A stretch of 63,573 nt of DNA, the filler included, from Psammoneis japonica (taxonomy: Eukaryota), in the NCBI GenBank assembly GCA_008632985.1. It is 5 parts of 5 records of this genome, joined end to end, with 100 filler letters (N's around TTAATTAATTAA, not from the genome) between each part and the next. Parts side by side here need not be neighbours in the genome. Positions count along the whole stretch, not along the records: positions 39,522 to 51,991 come from QPGO01000508.1; positions 52,092 to 63,573 come from QPGO01000517.1; 3 more parts are not named here. The stretch is one strand, 5' to 3'. Both the position numbers and the translations under genes were made by a program. A model generated the notes under the pieces. The model was not told the DNA's origin, did no database searches, and saw nothing but the letters and a program-made list of their open reading frames with translations. Of the stretch, positions 51,401 through 63,573 are shown piece by piece; position 1 is the stretch's first letter, and the number at the start of each line of letters is the position of its first letter.

Positions 51401-51991
51401 TGAAGAAGTTGAAGCAAAGTGCGTTGAGGCCGACGCCCCACCCCTTGAACAAGCACACAAAAGAGGGTGAAGCAGAGCGACACAGAAAGCAAAAGGAAAT
51501 TGATGAAGCCAACAAATTCAAATTCAGGTGCAATCGACACAAGAACAGCAAGAAGGTTCGTGAAAAAGTCACAACTTGAGTTGACTTTGGAACAAAAACG
51601 TGCAAATGGCGTGTCAAAGGACCAGGTCACAAGAAGGGTCACGATGACACGCACCATGAGAATCCAAATGCTTCCGATTGCAAGCCGCTGGAGAAAAGTG
51701 CAACTCAGGTTTTTGAAAGAGGCACAGCCAGATTTCCTTCCAGCACTGCCACAAGATTGCAGAGACAATCTTGTCGCAAGGAGCCTTTTGGAGAGATCTT
51801 TTTTTCTGTGCAGCAGAGAAGTGCAGAAAGTGCACAAGAAGCATTTTTCAACATGTCGGAGTCTTCAACAGACTCCATTCCATCCATCAACAACAATGAA
51901 TCAGCTGGGAATGCTCCCAGCAGCATTGAATCCAAGGACGCATTGAAGCCATTGCCGCACAAGAAAATGACTGCGTCGCATTTAAAAAAAG
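48461..51991 (+). repeat. ~1.4-kb tandem triplication of a decayed element gene (units start at 48461, 49901 and 51263)
   Basis: GTTGCAGGTGTGCACTTCA starts each unit; encodes CKRCVKGPGCKKGHDDTCHKN (Cys/His motif); third unit cut by the contig end. Confidence 0.9.
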
Positions 51992-52091
51992 NNNNNNNNN
52001 NNNNNNNNNNNNNNNNNNNNNNNNNNNNNNNNNNNTTAATTAATTAANNNNNNNNNNNNNNNNNNNNNNNNNNNNNNNNNNNNNNNNNNNN
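51992..52091. other. assembly spacer
   Basis: N44-TTAATTAATTAA-N44. Confidence 0.98.
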
Positions 52092-54169
52092 AAGACTTGG
52101 AATCGTGCTTGGGACGAGCGTACGAGTTCGTAATGCAGCAACTTATGAAGCAAGACAGTGATAAGGAAAGGATGGCGAGAGAATTGACTCATTTGATTTC
52201 TCATTTGGAGCAAGTAGGAACGGGTGAATGGCAACTCTTACCATGGCTGCAACATTATGAAATGGCTATACGTGCATGGGCTGACGTACCGGAGTCTGAC
52301 GAAAACACCTCAAATCCTCAGGAAAGTCTAAAGGAGTTTGAGAATTTGATTCGCCGAATGCAAACTCGCCATCTGAAGTTTTCTAATGGTGCCACAAACG
52401 CCTCCTACGACGACAGTGTTGAGGAAAAAGCAATGACAGCAACTGTACCACTGAAGCTCTTCGAACGTGTCCTCCTTGATAATTCGCAGAGTGGGCTAGC
52501 CGAGGAAAGCCAAGCACTTTTGTCTCGCGTGATGGAGTTAAATAGACTCGGTCTTGTGGAGGCCAATGTTGCTGAGAAATCGAATCTCACTCGTTGTTGG
52601 AATCATGCCATGATGGCTCACTTTCAAAACGGAAACTTCGTCGGAGTTTTGTCGCTTTGGAACAAAATGAAAGCCTACTCAGATACCGTGATACCCGACA
52701 GCTTCACCTACGCTACAGTTATGAACACGTTGGCACAAAGCAACGAGCCACATGCAGCTGAGCGTGCTCACGCCATTCTGAAGAAAATAGCAACGGACTA
52801 CAATACAAGTAGTAGCACCGCAGAGGCCGGCCCATCGACCGCTACTCGTCTCGAAGCCGTCCATTTTGGATTCGTAATTACGGCGTGGTCACGGAGCCCA
52901 ATGAAGAATGCCGCTCAAATGGCACAAGCAGTTTTGGATGAATTAGAGAAGGCCTACAAGAGAAACCCAACACCCCACATGAAACCAAGACTATCGGACT
53001 ATAGTGCTGTCATCACTGCATGGGGCAGAAGTCGAGATCGAAGGGCTACACAGAAAGCACTTCTCGTCTTTGAGAAAGTCCAGAAGCTTAGCTTTCATCA
53101 TAAGGAACTTGAACCAGACGCGGTTATGTATGGGGCACTATCAGCTGCATTATCAAACGCGAACGACAAGTCGGCAGCCGAGAAGTCTCAAGAACTTCTC
53201 GATCACTTGGAAAGCATATCAAAGCAGCCTGGACTCGAAAATTTGGCTCCTACTAAGCTGTTATACACAAGTGTCATTAATGCCTGGGGTAATAGCGGTG
53301 TGAAAGATGCCCCTGATCGTGCGCAAGCTATCCTGAAAAGACTCCAGGATGCTTACTTTAAATCTCAGGATGAATCTCTTTGTCCAGACTCTTATGTGTA
53401 CGGTGCAATGTTGGGGGCATTAGCAAAGTCGAAGAATTTACATGCCGGGGAACGTGCTGAAGAGCTACTCACCAAAATCGAACAATCTGAAGACCGGGCA
53501 GCGCTTCTCAACAAAATTCTGTACACTAATGTAATAAGCGCTCATTGGAAAAGTGCCAGGGCAGATGCCGGCGAGAGGGCGGAGGCCGTCTTAAATCGAA
53601 TGGAGAAGCTATCGTTGGAGTCAGAGGGGGGACTTGATGTCAAGCCAGACACCCTATCCTACACTTTCGTCATTAATGCTTGGGCAAGGAGTGCTTCCGC
53701 ACAAAAGGCTCAGCATGCATGGGACTTGTTCCAGCGTATGTGCAAGGAATACAATGATGGCAATGTGGATGTTGCTCCCAATGCCTTTACATTGACTGCT
53801 GTGCTTAACGCATGTGCTCACACTCGAGGGCCAAGCACGGATAGAGAAAATGCTGTCAAGATTGCACTCCAAGCCATGAACGAGTTTGTCCAAAACGGGT
53901 ACGGAGTGCCAAATCATGGCTCATTTCGAACGCTACTTTTCGTATTCGGAAAACAAATCGCTGATGAATCCGACCGAATGAAGTATTCAAGCTTAGCTTT
54001 CGAGATGTGCGCGAAGCAGGGACAGGTCAACAACTCCGTTCTGGATACGTTAAAGAAATTCGCACCAGAACTTCATAAGAAGCTGCCTTGCGACTCTCGT
54101 GGTCGGATCGTGATACCGGCGAAATGGAGAAGGAATGTAGAGGCTACTACTACTAGAAATAGAACATAA
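52092..54169 (+). CDS. pentatricopeptide repeat (PPR) protein, 5' end cut
   Basis: Repeated PD..TY..V..AW.RS...A..A..L motifs (PDSFTYATVMN, PDAVMYGAL, PDTLSYTFVINAWARS). Confidence 0.92.
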
Positions 54170-54350
54170 ACCATTGAAAGATTCTGGTCTATAAGTAAGT
54201 TCGGTGGTTGTCTGTATTCTTTCGTCATTCTCGTCATCGTGTCCATCTATTGTCTTTCCAAAACGGTGATTGATGTTGTACGTCGATTCACTTGTCTGTG
54301 AAGCAATCATAGCACAACTTCGACGTAAAACTCGCAGCTCGTCCGTCTCC

Positions 54351-57099
54351 CTAATCATCGCCCTTTGCTCGGCTACGGATGAAGACCAGTTTTCGTGAGG
54401 GGTTCTCGCTCCTTATGCTTATCGCTTTGGAAACTTGCATTGCGGTCATTTGCGTCGTGTCTTCTCCGTCCACTTCCACCAGTTGATCGCCAACCCTTAC
54501 ACGATCGGCTAGTACACTAGTTTCCTTGATGGCGTGGACCACTGGAATACCATTACTAGGGGTATCAATAACAACCCCTAACTTTCCGGGTGGAGCATCG
54601 ACCACGAACCGTTCGTCGGGCTCATTGTATTGCTGTTCGAAAGATGAATCGTCCGAGAAAAGCGAATCTGCAGCTTGGAATATGACGCCTGACGAGTCAC
54701 GGCCAGAAGACTCATCAAAAGGCTTGGACTCCATTGTGTTAGTGGACACCGAAGGCGGTTCCTGCGGTGTTCCGTATGCTTTTGCGTAATCATAATCACC
54801 CGAAACAATGCTAAAGAAAAATGAAAAACGCAAGGTGGTGAGCCAATCGATAGGTTGGGCCGAGATGAAAAGCGATGTCTCTGTCGTTCGCACAATGCTC
54901 GTACCTCGGTGAAACGGTCTCATCCTTCTCTAAAACACCAGTTACCATTCCTCCCGCAGCAAAGGTCGGATCTCCTAGCGTGCTTATATCATCCTGGGGC
55001 TCAACGATAATGTCCCTGATGAAGGTTGTATAAACAACCGGAAAAACAAGTGAGAATTTCGAGATTGGTGGTAAAAGTATGAAATGGCGAGACGAAACGT
55101 ACGTTTGAATTCGCTCTCCTGTGGTGGTAGTCGGACTGGCCATTGTCGCCGCTAAACCATTTCCATTTAACTTGCTTCTGCGGGAACGTCGCAGATAAAG
55201 CAGTGCTGCCAAAGCAACGACAGCTAGACCACCACCGCCTGCAGCGGCAACAATTACAACGGGAAAGTCCGACCCACTGTCACCATCTCCTTCGTCGTTG
55301 TCAATCATTTCTCCATTGATTAAAACTACAAGATTCTGAACATTCCCAAACGCTGGATCACCGGTATCCCTCAGCTTCTGCATATAAACGTTACGATCGT
55401 CTTCCGTGTCAAACGCTCCCGCTACCAGATCTGCAATTTCATCTTCTGTATATGATTTTTGGGACTTGAATGTCACACCGGCGTCCGCTCTAACCCTGAG
55501 CACTCCTTCCTGCAGTCGGCGAGATGCATCGTTCTCTAAAACGCGCGACGGAGCAGGGGCGGGGACAGCTGAAATCTCATCTTGTCGTCGAATAATGGTA
55601 AAGACAGTTAAATCTGAAAACGGCTCCTCTTGCTGATCGAGCTCCTCATCAATGTGTCCTGCCGTGGTACTCTGGTATCTAGAAATGGAGTTCCCAAAGA
55701 GCTGTTCTGCTGCCTCCATCGTCATTGTAAGTTCCACGAGAAAGCTTTGCAACGGCAGGGTAGGGGCAAGAGTTGGTTCTGGTGTCGGTTGGGCAGTGGT
55801 GGGTCGCAAGGATGGCGCAGGAGATTGAGTTGGAAAAAGCGTCGGCAAAACAGTAGGGGCTGGGGATATGGTTGGCGATAGAGATGGGGAGATCGACGGA
55901 GACTGAGATGGAAAGTTTGTGGGTGAAGCAGAAGGCTCTCGTGTCGGATTTCCGGGAGTCACTGATGGCATCGCACTCGTCGGTTTATCTGTTGGACTAA
56001 CCGAAGGCGAATATGATGGTAACATTGTAGGTGTTTCTGTGGGACTCTGTGTAGGGCGGACAGTTGGGGTACCAGTCGGGATTCCAGAAGGAGTCAAAGT
56101 GGGGACCGTCGAGGGTGATTTTGTTGGAGGACTCGTTGGAGGCAGTGTTGGAGCATCCGTTGGTGGATCTGATGGCGGAAGTGATGGAGGTGGTGTTGGT
56201 AAAGGCGTAGAGGATATAGTTGGCTCCAACGTAAGCGGAAGCGATGGCCCTGGTGTTGCTGGAGGCGTCGATTGCATTGTCGGCGGTGGCGTCGATTGCA
56301 TTGTCGGCGGAGGCGTCGGCGCCGGTACTGGCGGTGGCGTCTCGAGCGACGGAGCTACCGTTGGTTCGGCAATGTAAGGAATTTCTGATTGTGGGGGTAG
56401 AGTTTCCACCACATATGTTGGAGCTGTGTTATCTTCAGCTTGATTGGTACTTCTCAGGGAAGGGCGTGGTGTAGGGTCGGGTATTGGTTGGGGTGACGGA
56501 GCTGCTGTTGGACTGGCCAAGAACGGTACCGGTCCTTGGGGCGGTAAAGTTTCAATAAGAAACGCCGGTGGTTCAGAACCATCCCCTTGGCTAGCAGGAA
56601 GCATTTCAGGTTCTCTAGTACTAGTAGGTGAAACACTTGGAGACGGAGTTTCAATGGCATTAGGTATGCATCTGGAAACACTTTCGCCCGACACTATTCC
56701 ACATATATCCGTCAGCGTACAACATGGAATAGTGACATCACATCCTGTCTCGCCTTGTATCACGCACGGGAGTATTGTGGGTGCAGATGATGGTACAAGG
56801 GTAGTGAGCGGCGTGCTCGTTGGGACTACGGAAAACGATGCAACAAAGATTCAGAAGAATGGGATTATTGCAAAAAGCAGTTTATAAGACTGACAAACAC
56901 GATCCAAAGGCAACATGCATTTACACATGGACCACACGCAAGGTCACATCATACCTTCTGTTTCTGCTAGGCAGTTTGATGGCGAGGCTGCTGCTAGTAT
57001 CAGGACGCCGAGGAATCTTCTGAAAGTTGTTTTCTCGCATATTTTTGAATAGGATATTTCGTCATTTGGTTGTTGCTGTTTATTGCACAATCGAGCCAT
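54351..57099 (-). CDS. single-pass membrane protein with Pro/Thr/Ser stalk and C-terminal PDZ domain; introns 56826-56954, 55016-55102, 54811-54904
   Basis: PTxSPT repeats; TM segment VVIVAAAGGGGLAVVALAALLYL; DDISTLGDP; PDZ APPGKLGVVID...VGDQLVEVDGED; three phase-consistent GT-AG introns; start codon less certain. Confidence 0.82.
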
Positions 57100-59590
57100 T
57101 CTCTTTGGTTCTCCACGCATCTCAGTGGGAACAATCATGCAAAATGCCGCGACTCGGATTGAAAATACCGTTCTCAAAAACAATTTCTCGTATATGTCAA
57201 GCAGTATGAAATCCTTTCTCTTTGAAGGCCCGTTCTGAAAGCAAGACAAAAGGATAAAGCGAAACAGTGAGTCTTGGGTAATCAGTCAATCACACGCATC
57301 AGATCCAATGCTGCCGTATGTTCCATCACCCCGCTGAAGCACGTTGACTGCGCCACTTCGAGCTCGAGCACGAAGTACGATGGAACAGTTCTCTTTAGGG
57401 CTACACCATTGTGCCACAAGCTTTTCTACTGCTTCATCACTTACAATCAAATTTCTCCTCTCTGTGTTCCTTTTTGTTTTCACTCGTTCAAGGCACACAA
57501 AGGATGTCTTGGTTCACCGACGAGAGAGAGGTCGTGTCGTGTGTGCCTTTCCCAGCAGTTTTGTGTCGTTGTTTGGATGCAGTCCCACGTCAAACGGTGA
57601 GAAATGAGCGGTAAATCACGCACATACATACAGAGCTACAGTAGGATTCTACGCACAAGTGACGTGTCGGCCGGTATGACGGCGTGAATGGGAACGACTT
57701 CAACGGTCAGAAAATGAAATAATCATGAATATGTGAATATGATCGCGATTAGAAACGCCTTTTAATACAAATCATTCTGCTTTGAATACTTCGTTACAAA
57801 TATGTATCATGGCGGGACTTAATTTTTGAATAAATTGGGTTCGGGTATGTTCAACATAAAATAGTATCCATTTTTATTAAAAGAGAATATGTACTTCAGA
57901 CGCGACCAATGAATCCCGCGTAGCAATGTTCACACACCGCAAATTCGCATCGACGCGACCATTGCTGATGTTGTGAAAACTGTAAGTACTCCTCTCCTCG
58001 ATGACGACGGCTTTTTTTCGAGCCTTCGAGTACTAGAACATGTTGGGGCGGAGACGGGTGCTGTCAACTTTCACTGTTGGGACTGAACAATACTTTTGCC
58101 GATGACACAACAACACGGCGTAGCAGATTGCCGATTTTGCTGGTTTCTTGACTGCTTCTGCATCCGCCAAAATACCCGGAGCTCTAAAATAGGTACCTAT
58201 TGCGGTTTTTTTTTCTCTCGAAGGATATTCGAACGGTTCCAGCGGGTCATCAATCACGTCTCCGGGAGAGTGACATTATCCGGGGTTGAAGATGTTCACA
58301 CTGAAGACTCATTGCGAAGAAGGACACGAGTCCCAATGTTAGCCTCGCGCAGATTGCGAACAAACTTCTTGGAAGAATAATCGATTGGGGTCGAGAATAG
58401 GTCCTCAAGACAACCAATGAGTATAATAGGAGTACAGGAACATTGTTCCTCCGACAATTTTGTGTCCGTGAAAATTTTGAGGAAAGCTTCTTGGATCGGG
58501 GTATCTTCATTTTGAAACTGTTTCAGTCGGCCTACGAATAACCTTTAATCATTGGCAGCTGGTGACAATGGATACCCTAGCGAAAAGGCTGAATTGGAAG
58601 GACACTGTTGCAGGAGACCCACTGTTCTCATACTCTCAGATGTATGTGAACAGGGAAGACGAAACCTTGCTGAGGATGTCGGAATTAAACCACCGGAAAA
58701 CCAGGGAATGAGGGAGGCGATTCTATGTAGAAAACGACGAAAGCTCAAAACGAGGAACCCATGAACAAGACGTGAAGTGATCGAAACGGAAAGGTGAGCG
58801 GTGCGTTTGCATGTTCTCATATCCTGCCAGAAATGCACAGAAAGCGACCAAACCGTCATTAACGTCGCATTAGCTTTGAAAGAGATGTCGCCAGGACCTG
58901 ATAACTGTAATCAATTCTTCATCTTTGGGATACTGGAGAATTCAACCTTCTTGAATCAAGCGCTGGGGCAATGTGCTGCTTGCCGTAATCGTCAACCGGA
59001 ACATTGTTGCGTCTACTCTCCCGAAAGTTCGTTCAGTGGCGTGTCTCTCTAGACTGCTTCGGTTGCAACAACTTTTGAAAGGCTGGGCGAATCGGCAGCG
59101 GAAGCGAAGCAATGGAAAGGGATGCCGTAAACGAACTATCCTCCTGACTTTTGAGGTTGGTGCATGCGTGTGATTGCGATGAAGTACTTGGGAATTACAT
59201 CAAACATGCGGATCGAGAAAGATCACATTTTGTCGCGGAGTGGGACTTTATCGAAGAAGTTCGAGATCACGACAGATAGATGCCTGTTGTAGGATTTGGG
59301 ACGAATAGCAGTTGCATCAATCTACGCATAGACTCTTACCTTATCTAATTAGAGGCTTCTCGACGAAGTGTGTCAGCAATTTCCTTACCTTACGGTCCGG
59401 GTTGTGGATCGCGAAAAGGGATATCAATTGCACATTTAAAAAAAAAAAAAGTTTCTCTTTCCATTGGCCGATCTCGGACCAAACTTCCGCCGGCTAGAGA
59501 AGAAAGAACATCAAGTCTACTGTAGTCAGCGAAAGTGATGGGCTGCCCAATTTCAATTATTCCGCTAGAATGTTTCTTTTCGTCTAGATG

Positions 59591-60385
59591 TCATTCATTC
59601 GGTACGGCAATTTTGAGGACATACAATGTCTCAGAGATCCCTTCCTTCGTCATAGCCCAGCATTTATCCTTGGACATGGTAGCATACTTAATGCGATAGC
59701 GTGAGTCCGACGCGGGCACTCATATTGATAGTGCCCATACTCACCGCACTGGTAGCATTGGACATAGTGATGGCTGCCCTCATAGGTGTAGTCTACCACA
59801 GCGTCAGAGAGCAAAGTTGAAAATTCAGTCTATGCAAAAAACAGGCGTTTAGGCCTTCATCTTCCAAGGAACTGACGAACTCTGTCTCATTTTTCGATTC
59901 GGGATCCACTCAAAGTGCTTGTCCATGTCGCTGGTCGAGCCAAGCTGGCGTACTGGAATGTGTCCTCGATAGTTGTTCTGGAGGATGTAGTCGATGTCGT
60001 ATGATGAGTTTGCAAAGACGTACATCTTTTCCCTATGCGGATCGCTGATCAGATCGTCCAGGATGAAATCCTTTGCCGAGTTCATGTCACGCATATGACG
60101 GATGAACAGTGCAGCCCGTATCTGAATTATCTTCTTTGACGAGCTCAAGTCGATCGAAGTAGGATCATCTGGTGCCAGGCCAAAATAGTCGAGCACCGTC
60201 CAAGCATCCGTCAGTTCAACATTATTCGGAATACCGGTAATTAGTGCAGGACGTGGGTTCTCCTCAGATGAATCTGTAAATCGCTTTGATCCATTCAGCA
60301 AAGTCAGGTTCCACTCTTCTTCGCATGGTATCTCAACATCAATGGGGTTGGCACTTCTGAACCTTCCTCTTTGTCTGTTTTCCAT
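59591..60385 (-). CDS. hypothetical protein with CCHC zinc knuckle, frameshifted
   Basis: ORF 60385-59849 continues in shifted frames; CYQCGEYGHYQYEC at 59757-59716. Confidence 0.5.
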
Positions 60386-60907
60386 CTTTTAGCCGTGAGA
60401 ACTGCCAGGAGAGAATCTGGGACAGAATCAAGTGCCTCTTTCTAATGTTGACTACAGGCGATGACTCCGCAGTCTTGCTTCCATCTTCGAAACGAAAGAA
60501 TACCATAGCAATATCTCCAGCTCTAGGGATGAAAGAAGAGAACTAGCTAGCTGCTCCATCGCGGCCGCGGCTGCGAGCAAAAAATCAAAAATCGAACAAA
60601 ATCGAAAAAAGATTTTCTCCCTCCGACGTCCGTCCGTCAGCTCTCACCATACTCCACACATTTTCAATTTACCGTACTTCGTACCATGATACATGAACAA
60701 TGCTCACTGCGACGACGCCACTAGACAGTTGAGAAAGCAAGCAACGCATCGTATGGAAGTCTCTCTAGAGATGAGAATTGCAAAACGTGCGGCGTCGTAA
60801 AGGAAAGGAGAGGCGAAGAAAACGAAGGACAACTGCGCACAGTTTTGTGAGGCGCGGAAGCGTGTTTTGCTACTCGCAAGTCAATTTTTGTTTGAGAAAG
60901 CCATATA

Positions 60908-62763
60908 ATGAGTCACCGTCATGGTCTACCGCATTTGACGCTGAATCGCGCAGCTCGGCTTTTGAACAAGGGTCTCTTGTCATGTGAAGATTTGTGCCTC
61001 TACTGTCATCGGTTGGCGGTCGCGGGTGAGGAACATTGGCAACTCAATGCGTTTACTCGCATTATGGATCTCGACTCGATCCTGGAACAAGCTCGGGCAT
61101 CGGATCAAAGGCGACAAGAAAATAAAGCTGGAATTTAGATGGTATACCTGTGAGTGTCAAGGCAAATCTCGCTGTTTCAAATGTACCATTGACTGCTGCA
61201 AGTCGAGTGTTGGGCAATCAAGACGACACGCACACTCCGCCCTGTGGTTACGATGCAGATGTTGTTAATATTTTGTTGCGTCAGTGTGGAGCTGTATTGA
61301 TTGGGGTGACAAACATGGATGAATTTGGAATGGGGAGTTTGGGAACAAATGTTTGTACTTCGCCATTGACAGGAGCCACAGTCACGAGGAATCCTCTACC
61401 CTGCTTGGTCGGTTGGGAGTCACAGGCACTCTCAAAGTCTAAAGACGATGTTGTTTCGTTGGCAGATTTCATTCGTAGCGCATAAGGATGAATCAATTAT
61501 TGATGCACATGTGAAAGCGATTGAAGAGGCAAAGGACGAACCAAGATGGTCTGCAGGGGGTCATCGTGCGGTTCTGGTAAGTTTGAATCAGACTCGAGAA
61601 TCTTATGTACCATGTAGCCACTTTTTATTCTTACAAATTGTTTCCTTCTCTATCTCATCTTTAAAGCCGCATCTGTAGCTCATGGCTCATCTCTGGTGTC
61701 TCTAGGTTCAGATACGGGTGGATCGATACGATTGCCAGCATCCTGGTGCGGAGTTGCGGGCTTTAAACCTAGCTATGGCGTCTTCTCTCGTCATGGGCTG
61801 GTAAGCTATGCTTCCTCCCTCGACACGGTTGGTGTATTGGCACCCTCTGTTGGTTGCGCCGAGTCTGTATTTCACGTCTTGTCCAACAAGGCCAGTGTGG
61901 GAGCTAGTCGAGATTCGACCGCTTCGTTTGTCACCAATGAACCGCCACCAACAGGTACGAACAGTCAGGATGATGGGAATACGGATCTAAACACAGCTAT
62001 TGATTTGTCTGAGATAAGGATTGGTATTCCTGCAGCATTCTCCGTGACTGACTGTCCTGAATCCATCCGAAATGCCTGGGCATTGGCTGCAGATTATCTC
62101 CAGCATCACGGTGCCACGATTTGTACAATTGAACCCGACGTGATTTCTCCAGAGATTGTTCAGCACTCCTTGGCGGCTTACTATGTGCTTGCATCAGCGG
62201 AAGCATCTTCCAACCTGAAACGATACGATGGAGTACGATATGGAACGGCAGCCGAATCGATACAAGTAGATGAAGAAGAGGACGACGAGTTGTCCGGCAT
62301 GACACTGCTGGAACGACAGTACTCTGCAACAAGAACAAGTGGCTTTGGCCGTGAGGTTGCAAGAAGAATACTCTGTGGCACTTCTGTCTTGTCGTCGGAT
62401 CGTTTTCATAGTCACTACGAAGCTGCAGCTCGACTGCGTGCCGTGTTGACTTTGCAACTTCAGACAGCCTTGTCTAAAGTTGACCTCATACTGATTCCCA
62501 CTTCACTCTCCTTTCCATATCAATTTGATGGCGAGCCTCCGGACAGCACAGAAATGTTTGGAAACGACGTCATGACAGTGCCAATTAGTCTTGCTGGACT
62601 TCCATCGGCATCTGTTCCCTGGGTTTTTGATTCGCCTCAAGACGAGCACAATGAGCTGAGTGGTGCTGGTTGTATTGCTGGTTTACAACTGGTTGGAAAA
62701 CAACTTGACGAAACTACGGTCCTTGACGTTGCAAAGGTTCTGGACCAGGCAAACAAGATATGA
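60908..62763 (+). CDS. gatA: glutamyl-tRNA(Gln) amidotransferase subunit A; intron 61577-61666; apparent frameshifts at about 61130, 61485 and 61560
   Basis: TNMDEFGMGS, SLGSDTGGSIRLPASWCG, EASSNLKRYDGVRYG and GFGREVARRILCGT. Confidence 0.9.
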
Positions 62764-63573
62764 CGAAAGATGGATGATACTGTGGACGCGCAACCTAGCA
62801 TGTTGTGTGTGTGTGTTGCTCTAGGGCCCTACTCTAGTTTATCGGACATTGCTCAAAACCACTCGTACGGCGTGCACCGAGTCCATGTTGCGGGTTTAAA
62901 CGTTTGGTCCTAACGACTATTGTAGCTTCTCTACTAGATAGCACTATATACAAGCTAGTCATCAAAGTAGAGGGCGAAAGAAAGCATAAGAAGATGATGA
63001 TGATTCACTCAAAACCGTCAAATAATGGCCTTCTTCGCTTCAGAATTCCAAACATTGGACACGTCGCCAACCACCACAAAAAGAATGCCCTTCCGACAGA
63101 AAGAGTGTGCGTACTGGGTGTCACTGGTGGGATTCCAGATTCATATGTCAGAACCATCATGACTCTTGATTCGTTTGATGGAGAACTCGGCAGCAGCTGT
63201 TTAGTCCGAACAAGTGAGCTCTGAAGATTCGTGTTCTGTCTTTCACCCGTGGTTCGTTAAATATCATAGTTGATTAGTGTATTATGACATGAAGATGTGT
63301 ATAATGTTCTTGTGAATCTTCATCAAGATTCCTTCAAGATTCGTTTTTGTTTTACTAAGGGAAAGTCTCCGTTGTGACGTAAAAGGGCAATAAGAGGGTG
63401 CGCCAAGTTTCTCCGATGTTGTTCCCATGAATTCTTCATACGGAATGTTCGTAGCCCTCACAGGGATCGCATTTGCAGCCACCAAAAAGCATGCATTGCG
63501 ATTAAAAAGATTTGAAGACATCATAGAAAATAGATTCTATAATGAATATTCATGATTGTAATAAAAATCGATG

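Noticed and set aside
16660..51991. Hundreds of overlapping Cys/His/Gln-rich ORFs as novel metal-binding proteins
   Set aside because: Loss of TA removes TAA/TAG stops and turns Tyr codons into Cys/His, giving spurious ORFs in all frames
55919..56887. Gly/Val-rich plus-strand ORFs
   Set aside because: Antisense shadow of the Pro/Thr repeats
57274..59500. Short ORFs or a possible decayed gene
   Set aside because: Stops in all frames and no recognisable motif

Overview
Eukaryotic DNA, most likely from a pennate diatom (inferred from a CoDi-type Copia gag, diatom-style PPR and PT-repeat/PDZ proteins, and short GT-AG introns). The window is five unlinked contigs joined by 100-bp N/TTAATTAATTAA/N spacers. 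Ordinary genes occupy about 7.5-15.6 kb and 52-63.6 kb: a secreted Cys-rich protein, hotdog thioesterase, MgtE-type transporter, TOM70-like TPR, tandem-TIR protein, PPR, PT-repeat/TM/PDZ protein, Zn-knuckle protein and GatA. The rest (about 0.44-7.3 kb and 16.6-52 kb) is transposon and satellite DNA. The main finding is that this repeat DNA has lost nearly all TpA dinucleotides by TA->TG/CA transitions on both strands. Conserved transposon tyrosines read as Cys or His, GTA splice donors read as GCA, and duplicated copies differ as TA vs TG/CA. The domain edges are sharp and neighbouring genes are untouched. This resembles a repeat-targeted hypermutation (genome-defence) process running opposite to fungal RIP, with TAA/TTA and TAGA/TCTA as the resistant contexts. 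All calls are by eye; no searches were run.
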